A stretch of 56,083 bases of DNA. Origin: Elusimicrobiota bacterium. Its GTDB lineage: Bacteria > CG03 > SLGR01 > JBDRKX01. Positions within the stretch are counted from its first letter, which is position 1, and each line of letters opens with the position of its first letter. The notes under the pieces are model-generated. The model saw only the letters and a program-made list of their open reading frames with translations, was not told the origin of the DNA and searched no databases. Below are positions 25,539 to 37,500 of the stretch, in pieces. The stretch covers positions 1 through 56,083 of the forward strand of contig JBDRKX010000102.1 of the NCBI GenBank assembly GCA_043813605.1. The letters are read 5' to 3'. A program made the translations under genes and the position numbers.

Positions 25539-28500
25539 TTACGTCGAACTGAGCACGCTCTCTATCAGGTTGTTAGGCACGATATCATTGCTCGTTCCGC
25601 CGCCCAGGAACGCCGACATGGACGCTTTCAGTTGGTCGATTATAGAACCTCCATTACCGAAAGCGTAAGCCGCTATAGTGTTTATCTGTCCGCCGTTTAT
25701 CAACCCTTCGCCTGGAAGCACTCCGAACGGCATTTTCGCCGTTATATCAGCCGTCTTTGCGAATATGCTCTGGATTATACCGACTAGTTCACGCGCGCCG
25801 CCTTTTTCCTCCAGGTATTTCTTTATTCCGGCCGCTATGTAACCGTGTGAACCGGAAGGCTGGATATTCTGCAGTTCCCCGAGGAATCCTTCGTTTATCC
25901 TCTCTGCCGTCTCTATCACTTCTCCCAGCTGTTTTGCGGTCACTCCAGGCAATTTCTCGGCTATATAATCAGACAGCTCCTGTGTCGAACCGGCTGCCAG
26001 CGATTTCACCCAGCTGAACCACACTGGAAGCACTATTTTCTCCGTATCACTCATTGCAAGGCTGCCGTCAAGTTTCCCGAGTTCTTTCATGTATCCCTCT
26101 GCCGGGTTCTCGTCATACCGGTGCATCTCGTATGCAGATATTGTTGCCAGCACCTTGACGGCAAGATCAATATCCGCTGCAGCAAGCTCCTGTATAGCTT
26201 CATAAATATCGCTTCTTACGGTCAGTTTACCGGTTTCCGGGTTATAGGCAGTCACATCGCCTTTTTCTGCTCTTTCTACGCCTGTCACACCCATAACAGT
26301 AAGCTTTTCAGCCATGCCAGCCGGAAGTTCCCTTGCGATCTCTTCAATTGTTTCCGTATCCGCTAATACCGCTTCTATCTCCTTGACCTCATTTTCACCA
26401 ATATAGGCTGCCGGAAGATCGGTCTCAAGCGCTGTTGTCAGATCACCGACAGTATCTATTTCGGCATCAGTAAGTATCTGCTTGACTCCGTCTGAAAGGT
26501 CAAGATCATTAACAGATACATCCTGAACGCTCGAAACTGCCGCGACCTCACTCAAAGCTGTCTCAATTTCGCTCATCACAGTTATGCCTAATTCAAGTGA
26601 AGCAAGAACACCGTTATTTATAGCTGTTTCAAGTTCTCCGACATTGTTTATTCCCGCATCTTCAAGCTTAAGCTTGGTATCATCAGACAATGCCAGTTCC
26701 TGTACAGGTATTTTCTGTACTGCCGGTATGGATGTCAGCTCATTCAGCGCTGTTTCTATCTGACCTAACTCATTAGGACCAAGGTCTGCTATCGGGAGCG
26801 CTGTATCAAGCGAATCCTGAAGCGCTCCGGCACTTAGTATACCGGCTTCCATGAGAGTATCCTGGAGTGCAGGAGAAAGACCGAGACGGTCGACAGATAC
26901 ATTCCTCGCTGCCGCACTGAGAGGCTGCTGTGTCTGTGTTGCCGGCACATCTGCTGATGATATCCCGAGGAAACTCTTCACTTTGGATGTCAGGTTCTTC
27001 AGGCTGTCAACAACAGCGACCGTAGTCCATCCCATTGCACCGTAATCATACGCTCCCATATCAGAAGGTGTTGTCGTCTCTATTATCTCGCTGTCTTCAT
27101 AGACACCGTCTTTATCGACATCAACGACTACAACCGCATGTCCCTGGCCGGTTTCCTTGTTGAAAAGGAGTTTAATCACTGCCGACAGGCCCATATCTTT
27201 TGCCGCCAGGAAGAGCTGCACGCTCCTGTCAAGACAGTCTGTAGCAATCTGACTGGCACCTGCCGCTATACTCGACATCCTCTCGTTTATACCGGCCATT
27301 GTGGTATAGAACAGGTCCGATGTCGGAGCGTATATCTGGTTCTGGACAAAATCAACGATCTTGGCAAAAACACCTTCCGGTTCTGTGCCCTCTGTGTCTG
27401 CTGAAGGTATTGAAGCCGATATCTCAGGTACTGTCCTTTCCATTCCGAGGAGACTGTATATCTCGTCCTTTTTCTCGGCTGAAGTGACTGGTTTGTCGAG
27501 TACCGCTATTATCTGATCGATCGTATCGGGCTGTGCCGGTGCATCTATCTCAGCTATTACCGTTCCGGTAAGTGCCAGGTTCTCTGCCAGGTAATCCTGC
27601 GTCACACCTTCCATCTCAGGAAGCAGTTCCGCTACAACTTTATTCTTCACTGACACGTCCTGACCTTCGGCAACAGCCATAACAAGATCGGTGTAGGATA
27701 TCGTTCCTGTCAGGTACTGTACCAGCGGTGACTCGTTGAACGCGCTCCAGTTGCCGGCTTCAAACTCTATCGCTGCCTTGATATCAGCCTCGGTCATACC
27801 GGCTATCACAAGAGGTGAATCGGGAGCAGTAAGTATTTCCAGTACGTTTGCTGAAAGAGCCGTGCTGAGCGCTTTATAAGCGTTACTGCCTATGCTCACA
27901 GGGCCGCCTTCTGACTGTGCCCTGATCAATGCATTTATAAGTGTTTCCACTTTGACAGGTTCATCCGTATTCTCTATTATTCCCGCGTTCTGCAGCGAAT
28001 TAAGTATATGCGTTTCAACACCAGTATCAAGACCGAGAGCCTGTATGGAAGTATCTGTAAATGTTACAAGCGAACTGAATTCCGCAGGCACTGATACAGT
28101 TTCCGGTATTACTCTTTCTATACCAAGAAGACTGTATATCTCGTCCTTTTTCTCGTTTGAAGACACCGGTTTGTCGAGTACTTCTATTATCCGGCCGGCA
28201 ATTTCCGGAGTGACTCCGTCAAGTGTCGCCACAAGGTCTTCCTGTGTCACACTTCCCATCTCAGGAAGCAGTTCCGCCATAACTACATTCTTCACTGACG
28301 CGTCCTGACCTTCGGCAATAGTCATTGCAAGATCGCTGTAGGATATCGTTCCTGTCAGATACTGTACCAGCGGGGACTTATTGAACGCGCTCCAGTTACC
28401 GGCTTCAAACTCTATCGCTGCCTTGATATCAGCCTCGGTCATACCGGCTATCACAAGCGGTGAATCAGGAGCAGTAAGTATCTCCAGCACATTCACCGAG

Positions 28501-31500
28501 AGAGCCGTACTGAGCGCTTTATAAGCGTTACTGCCTATGCTCACAGGGCCGCCTTCTTCCGGTGACCTGGTTAATGCATTCATAAGCGTCTCCACTTTAA
28601 CAGGTTCATCCGTATTCTCGATTATTCCTGCATTCTGCAGCGTATTGAGTATCTTTGTCTGGACAGCAGCATCCAGTCCGAGAGCCTGTACTGTTGTAGC
28701 AGTTGTAAACGCTTCGAGCGATATCGATTCAGCGGCCGCCTGGAAGACTATTCCTGTATACGCTTCCCATACCGCCTGCTGTTCTTCGGCTGACATTGTT
28801 TCCGGAATAAGATCGGAAGCCATGAGTACCGCAAGCTTATCCTGAGGTTTACCTTTGAGTTCAGGATATGCCGCTACATTATTCAACATATCTGCCGCTC
28901 TGTCGAGACTCACAGCAACCGACTCTCCGGCATTCTCGGTAAGCATAGCGTTGACATCAGCTACGACCGGCGCCAGGCCGGATGTTATCAGGTTCTCCGT
29001 CTGTTTATCATCAAGCTTGAAGTTCTTTGTCTTCAACTCTTCGTAGAGCCTGGTGCCTTCAAGTATTGTCCTCTTTCTATCGTCATCACCTCTTAAGTTC
29101 TCTATTTTATCCAGTTTGGTATTGATAATCACAAGCCTGCTTACAGGATCCAGTCCCTGCATCATCAACATCATATTCTCTTTTTCTACAATTTCCTGTA
29201 CCACAGCGTCTACATCAATTGTCTCGGCCACCGAGTCCTCTATCTGTATATTCGATACATTCTCATCATTCATCATCTGGGTAATCTTCTTGCTGATACT
29301 TACCTTTATATCATCTGTCACATATTTTTCAGCCTGCGTTCTTATGGTTTCAGATGAACTGAAATTCAAACGCAGATTAGAAACAGATTCCTGGAAGTTA
29401 TTGGTAAGTTCGGCTTTCCTGGCTTTGCGGCTTTCATCATCTCCGCCGCCAAGACCCAACTGGATCAGCATTGCCAATATACCGTCTTTTAACACATCTT
29501 TTAATGTAGTTGTCGTTTTAAGCGACTCTTTCCTTGTTTCACTCTGACTTGCTATACTGCTGATCTTACTTTCAACTTTATCGCTGTTAAGACCGATCGT
29601 AACATCCTTCTTGTCTTCGCTGTATGTAACAGTGACAGGATCGGTAGTGGCTTCCGTAGTTGACGGCAGAACACTCCTGGAAAGCTCCTTAAATGTCTGC
29701 GCAATCTCTTTCGGATTCTTTGCGGATGCAAAAGAGAGCTCAAATTTCACGAGTATATTTCTTATCTTTTCAAGGTCGACATTTATCACCTCATAGCCCT
29801 CAGTACCTATCTCTTTTCTCATAAGTTCTCCGGTAACATCCTTGAGTTCCCTGATATTAGTTATATCCGTACCGGCTACCGCATTCTGAAGAGTACTAAT
29901 TTCTTCAGCAGTAAGACCGATAGCTTTTACTGTCTCCTCAGCTTTCTGTGTTCCAAGATCCGCTATGAGCGTATCCATCCTGCTATCGATGAGTTCCAGA
30001 TTTTTAATCCTCTCAAGCTCGGCTTTTTTCGCTATAGCCTCTGTCCTGATATCATCACTGATATTGGGTGAAGCTATTACTTTGTTCAGGATGTTAATGG
30101 AGTTATTTATGACTCCGGCCCACACTCTATTGACTCTTTCAAGAGGAGTAGTCAATTCTGAACTGTGGAGTCCGTTTTCATCAATAAGCGACCCATCCTC
30201 AACTGCAGTGTAAATAGCTCTAAGTTCTTCCTGCCCCTTGCCGGTAGATCTCTTGATCCACCCTTTCATCGGTTCCTGCACTATCCTGCCCATGGGCTCC
30301 AGACTGCCTTTATGCATTATCGAATTGGATTTTTCTATTGCTGTCCTGTAATTAGTCACAAGAGTAACAATTTCCTTTTCATCCAATACTTCCATAGCTT
30401 CTACAATATCCTCATTACTATAAAGGCCTTCGGCATTCGTTTCAGCGCCCATGTCCTCAAGAGCCGTCTGAAACTTATTCCATATTGCCCTGATATCCTT
30501 CTTGTCCGCCTCTGTAAAGAGCCCTTTGATATCTCCATCATGATCGTTCAGGAACTCTTCATACTGCATCATACCGACAAGGATATTTTCTACATTTGTA
30601 TCGCTTGTACCAATAAACCTGGCTGTTTTTGCGTTAGCCCTGCCGGTTCTTCCCAGCATCTGTGTCAGGCTGCCCCAGCCCATATTTTCTACACCTATCG
30701 CTATCTCTACAACCTGCCCCTTATAGTCATACGCTCTTGTCCCTACATCTGTTGTAAGCACGATCCTGTTTATATCCTGATCACTCTTAGTCCTGTTCTT
30801 CAAAGCTATCTTCTTCGTTATTTCACCCTGTATGTTTTCAGGCGTAGTATGCATATCGATGGTATCTATGACCCCTTCTTCGGATCTCAGCGCTTCCAGA
30901 AGAGTACTTTCCGCTTCAGTGATCGTCCCGGCTGTCTCTTTTGCGGTCAATTCATTTTCGATCTCATTTAGTTTTGTTTCTACAGCCGCCTTTAATTCAA
31001 GCAATTGCGATCCGCTTGCTACCCTCGACAGAACGCCGCTCTCGCCTATCAGATCAAGTCCAGTGGCTTTCTTTATTTGCGCAAGTTTTATTTCTTCCGT
31101 GCCGGTAAGCGTTCCGGCTTCCTCTTTGGCAAGCAGGTCTCTAAACTCGGATCTCTGTTCATCATTCATATCATTTAAGACACCTGATATTTCTCCGAGT
31201 TCAAATATTTTTCCTTGATATGCAGCTACTATCATCTCCGCAGCTTTCTTGACATCGAGATCATTTACATAATTATATGTCTTTGCCTCGAGCGAATCGA
31301 TTATCTCCACTGCCGCATTGCCGTAAATAGCGTTAGCTATAAGTTCAGCTGTATCCATACTTGCAGAACCGCCGGCTGTAAGGCTTCCCTGCGCGCTTCT
31401 GAGCTGCTCAAGCTCTACTCCCAGTTCAAACTTCCTGGTTTCAAGGTCGGCTTTCATATCGTCCATTGAACGGTTCTTTGTCTCGATATCAAACCGGGCG

Positions 31501-34500
31501 GCAATTCCGGCTACATACTCGCTCCGCACCTGGTCAACAGTCTTGTTTTCAACCTCTATACCGGCTGTTTCTGCTGCTGCGAGGAGTTCTGTTTCTGTAC
31601 CTTCGAACGCTATGCGCATGTCAGTTTCCAGAGCGGCTATGGTCTCACTGAGCGCGGCAACCTTCTGCGGATCATTCTTATCTCTAAAAAGCTCTGATAT
31701 TGTTGCCTGCCAGCTTCCTCTTGAAAGCTCGATCTTATCAGGATCGATCTTATATTCTCTAAGTTCCGCACTTATGTCGTCTATAGACCGGTCTTTTGTA
31801 GCTATCCTGAACTGTTCTGCCATTGCGATCAATTCCTCTTCAGTTCCATTGATCGCGGCTTCGATATCAGAATTTACTCTCAAAGACAGAATAACATTAT
31901 AAACGTCGCTGTTATCCCTGCTGCTTGTCTCCTTGGATTTATTTTGGCTTCCGGGAGAGAATCCCCTGCCGTCTTTCTCCATAGCTATTGTACCGTTATA
32001 TACTTCCGACATAGCCCGGAACGCGTTGCTTATCGGTCCGCCTAACCAGCTTTCCCACATATCGGAATTAGTCTTATATTCTTCCAGTTCCGCTTTTACG
32101 GCTTCTATTGACTGGCCTTCCGTATCTATACTGAACAGTTTTGCCATTGAGATCAATTCCTCTTCAGTCCCGTTAAGCGCTGCTTCAATATCAAAAGTCT
32201 TCCTGAGTATTCTGTCAGCAGCTTTATTCCAGCTGATCTTATGGGTATCCTCATTGCGGAAGAAATGCGGTGTCTCTACATTATCAGCCATATCGGATTC
32301 ATCGAATGTCTGCGTGATATTACTTCCGGTGATCTGTTCATATAAACTTTCCATCTTATCCACAAACACCTTATCCGCAGGTGTAGGTTCACCCGCGATA
32401 TATGTTGATAACGATAATGCCGCAAGATCAGCCTCATCAATAATACGCGTATATTCGGAACCAAGAGCTTTTTCCAGATCATCATTACCTTCATCCGCCG
32501 TCTTTTTGGCAGCTTTATGGACAAGATGCGTCCTGGTATGTATATCGTAAACCATTACGTTGCCGGGTTTATTAATTGCCTCTATCAGGCTCTTGTTATT
32601 ATCGTTCCTGTCTTCCAGTTTTTTCGCGTTTACATACGTCATACCATAGAGGTTGGCGAGCTTTTCTTCAGCTTCCTGAGCGGCCGGGTTCTCTGAACCG
32701 CTCACAAACCTGGTTATTTCACCTTCGGAACTTACATAAACAGCTTTTGCTTTATTGCTGCCCATTATGAGGTTTCTTGCACCTAAGACATGAGTATAAC
32801 CTGTCGTTTTTCCTCCTGATGTCGTAAGCTGTACGATCTTATTGTTCAGGTTTGCCCGGACCATAATCATCTGTTTTGAATGTCTTACCGGATCGAATCC
32901 CCGTACTATAAAGTCTTTATACAACTGCAGTTTTTCAATATACTCACCGGAGAAATCCTTATCAGGGTTGCCTTCTTCTATAGCGCTGAATACAGTATCG
33001 ACATAGTTCTCCATACCTACTTCAGATAGATTAATAACTTTTTCACCTTCTGCTGTCCTTATGACCGTATTGCCGTAGTTATTCACTCCGAACAGGATAT
33101 CAATCCTATCTGCAAAATAAACACTCTCCTTTTCCGTTATAAGCCCTTTAGTCTTAAACGCTGTTATCTCAGCCCTTATAGCGTTACCGAATGCTATACG
33201 CTCTTCGCTTGTTGCCGTTGTGAAATCAGGTACTTTTATTATTTTCCCGCCGCTCGTCACGAACTGGCCGTTTTGAGCCAGCTGCCCGAAAATATTGTCA
33301 ATTTCCTGCCCGAAATTGCTTTCCTTTACAACTGCTGTCTCTTCCTTGATCTCAACACGCCTGAACTCCTCGTATTTATGCTGGCTGTTTACCAGTGCGC
33401 GTTTAGCTTCGACTATCTTTTTCTTTGTATCCGCTACAACTTCGGTCTTTTTACTCTCATTATCTGCATTTAAATAATTTCCTATTGATTCACTCTGGAC
33501 CTGGAGAAGATTCATTTTTGCCGTTTCAACATTTATGATCTCTTCAACAACACCGTCATTTTGCATAGTCTCAATATTGCTCTCCATAACTCTTATTCTG
33601 CTGTCAATAATATTTTTCTGTAAAGTCAATTCTGCTGTTTCCAGGTCCTGAGTCAGTGTTTGTATACTGGTTTTATAAGTAGACGGCATACCCATTCTCG
33701 ACGCTATCATACCCCCGATAATGGGCAGGTAGAAATTATTTTCGCCCATGATCATTCCCAGAGGCACTGAAACAGCAAAGAACTTGGCCAGATGCAGCAG
33801 TCTGGGCTTCGATACACCGGATTCAGCGATATTCAAAGCTCTCAGCATAGCCAGTTCGGATGTCATTTCCTTTATGTTCCTGTCTGCCTCCAACTCGGTT
33901 CTTACATTATTCTTCACTATCGCAACGTCGCCGCCGTTCTCCTCTACTATCTCTTCTAACGGCATTCCCATTCTGGCCTCCAGCGGGACCCGCATAGTCT
34001 CAAGGAATGTCACATCTTTCATGTTATCGAGATTCGCAATATTAGCATCGGCTGCTTCCGTTTCCAGTGCTTTGTTCCTGTTATAAAGCTGATAGGCTAC
34101 CGCTTTATACATATACTGGAGCTCATCCGACCGTTTATTGCCTGTTATAAGTTTTATATCATCTGCCGTTATATCTCCGAATGTTTTCCTGGTCACATCA
34201 GCAGCATTATGTACATCCTGCAGTTTAACGCTTAACTGATCAAGCGCTGCAATATCATCCTGTGTAACTGTTGATACTGCGTCTGTTCCGGACGATTCCT
34301 GGGCTGTCCTTATTTCCACAAGACTGCCGGATATCATGCTGATAAACGCAATGTCTTCGGCTGTTAAATCAGCTGCTGTTACTACGGATTTTCTCAAGTT
34401 CACTATCTTTTCACCAAGCGTATTCGCAGTATCAATATCATCTTGTGTTACTTCATAAGACACTGTATCCAGCCCCAAAGATTCCTGGAGAAGTTTCATT

Positions 34501-37500
34501 CCAATTACAATCTCACCAAGATTACCGGCAACCTCCAGATCTGCATCGGAAAGATTATCTATTGCTGCTGCAACATCTTTCGCTACCTGTTTTTTAACTT
34601 CCCTGGGAAGCTCAGCAAGCGTGAATCCATCGAGAAGCGCTATATCCTGTGCCGCCACAAGGAATTCCCTTGTATTTTCAAGAGTCTCTATCTCTGCTGA
34701 GTAAAGCGAGCGCGTGCTCTCTTCTCCGTTTTTATCTATTACTTTAACCTGCACAGAATCAGGATTTGCTGATAACTGTCCCATAACTGTATCCAGCACA
34801 GCTATTTTATCCTGTATTCCCAGACTATTGAACTCAGCGAATAGTTCCTCATCTATTGTTTTTTCAGTTTTTTCTTCTACTGCCGGCTGTACCGGCGCGA
34901 CTGTTTCCGCTGCCTGGGAATCGGACTGGCTCATGGCGGTAAGTATCGGGTCTATACTGTCTTCAAGATCCTGTACCACGGTATTCACTCCGGCCTTTGC
35001 GTTCTCAAGCGCCTGCGCGTTTGACTGCTCCATTGCAGAGAATTCCGCGTCAATATTCGAATCAAAATCAGCCACCGTCGCCTGCAGCCCTGTCACTGCA
35101 TTCTCAAGCGCCTGCTCGTCGGACTGATCCATTGCCGACAGTACCGAATTCACACCCGCGTCGACATCCTGGACATTCGCCTGTATATTGGTCCTGGCGT
35201 TCTCAAGTGCCTGCTGGTCCGACTGCTCCATGGCAGAGAACGTCGCGTCGATCCCGGTCTCAAAATCCGCTACCGCCGTCTCTATTACCGTTCCGGCATC
35301 TTCCGCTGCCTGGGAATCGGACTGGCTCATGGCGGTAAGTATCGGGTCCATACTGTCTTCAAGATCCTGTACCACGGTATTCACTCCGGCCTTTGCGTTC
35401 TCAAGCGCCTGCGCGTTCGACTGCTCCATGGCAGACAATGTGGGACTTACATTAGAATCAAAGTCCGCCACCGTCGCCTGCAGCCCTGTCACTGCATTCT
35501 CAAGCGTCTGCTCGCCGGACTGATCCATTGCCGACATTATCGAATCAATGCCCGCATCTACATCCTGGACGATTATTTCCATATCAGATCTTGCGTTTTC
35601 AAGCGTCTGCGCATTAGACTGGCTCATGGCAGATATTATCGGATTTATATTAGAATCGAAATCAGCTACTGCTGTCTCAAGATCTGCTGCAAAATCTGTG
35701 TCTTCCATTCCTGAAAGTATCGCATCCATTCCCGACTGCAGATTCTGAGATGTCGTCTGAATATTTTCCGTGAGGTTTTCCAGCGCCTGCGCGTTAGATT
35801 GTTCCATTGCTGAGAAAGTCGCATTAACACCGGCGTCATAATCCTCTACAGTTGCCTGAAAATCAATTAAAGCAGTTTCAAATGTATCCATATCCGACTC
35901 ATCAAATGCCGTAAGTATGGAATCCATACCTGACTGAAGACCCTGTGAAGTTGTCTGGATATTTTCCGTGAGGTCCCCCAGCGCCTGCGCGTTAGATTGT
36001 TCCATTGCTGAGAAAGTCGTATTGATCCCTGAATCAAAATCATCTACTGTCGTTTCAAATCCGGCTATAGCATTATCAATAGCCGAAGTACCACCCGTAT
36101 CAGAAATACTTCCGATCAGCATATCATCTGATGTCACAATATCAGGTGTTGTTATATCATCTGAAACCGTCAATCCCGTATCAACTGTCCTTTGATCAGC
36201 ATCCGGTGTTAATGTGCTGTCAATAGTAACATTGCTGAGTATGTTTCCAGTTAAGCGAATATCTTCAGGCTGCATATTCACCACATTATCCATGGTTGCG
36301 CTGTTTTCTGATAAAGAATTATAGTCCATACCGAAATTAATATTGAATTTTCCGCCGCCGAGTACCTCCTGCATGTTTTCATTTGATATTCCAAACCCGT
36401 ATTCAAGTACTCCTTCCTGAACTGCTTCTTCCCATATCACCCGGTCAACAAGTTCACCGAACTTTGTTGTATGCGATCCCATTCCAAAAGTCTCCCATGC
36501 GGTTTCATATTGATATAATCTTCCTATCCCGGGAGCTCTTGACAGCAGGTAACCTGCCGCAGGGCCGACTAAAAGGCTCGGAATCAACAATACCTTTCCG
36601 AATTCGTAACCCATATCGTATCCGGACTGGTAACCGTCTATCCAGCTTTCAAATGAAAGCTCGCTGTCACCGAACAGTTTGGAGGATCCGAACTGCATGA
36701 TCATATTCGTGCCTGCGACAAGATGCCCTACATTAGAGAATCCTTCAACCGCATTGAAACCGGCGAACGACAGGCTATTTAAACCGCTTAGGGTCCAGTT
36801 GCCTGTCTGAGCCAACTTTGAGCTTCCCGAGAATAAGTTTACACTTCTTCCCCAGGTCCAGCTCTTCAAGCCGCCGGTAGCCTCAAATCCGGCAGCGCTC
36901 TTGACATTTGCCAGAGTCTGGCCGGCAACCTTCTTCACCGCCTCTATTCCTGTCGGTTTAACAGCTTCAGCTGCGCCAACCTTGGCCCCGAACTGTTTGC
37001 CGCCGGCCTTTGTAAAAGCGCTCGGCGCCTTAGCCAGTATCTTAGCACCTGTATATGCCATCAAGCTCTCGTAACTCCATTCTGCAAAACTGCCTGCCGC
37101 AACTGAAAAATCACCCGATAATGCTTCGCCGACAAAATCATAAGTGGAAGCTACCGAATCTACAGCTGCTGAGATCTTCGCAGAAAAATCGCCTTCGGTA
37201 AACGCCATGGCATAGGCGGTCTTTGCTCCGGCAAGAGTAGTCTGAGAAACCAATACAAACTGCGTGGCTTTTGCCAGCAGAGTCTCTCCTCTGACAACCC
37301 AGGAAACATATTTTGCGCCTTTGACACCGTTGAGCGCGGTACTGGTTGCTCCCGCTATTTTGGTTCCGACAACAAACGCTTTCTGACCCCAGCTGAATCC
37401 CTGGATAAAAGTACCTGCTCCTCTCAACGCGCCGCCTATCCAGCTTCCGGCGCCAAAACTGAGCGCTGTTGTTGCGAATAACGTTATATCAAACGCGGCA

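Noticed and set aside
34870-36110. A possible CRISPR array or other non-coding tandem repeat, here and at the other repeat blocks
   Set aside because: All large repeats are in frame inside continuous ORFs and show protein-level conservation without unique spacers. The 11-bp intergenic arrays have no spacers. No cas genes are present.
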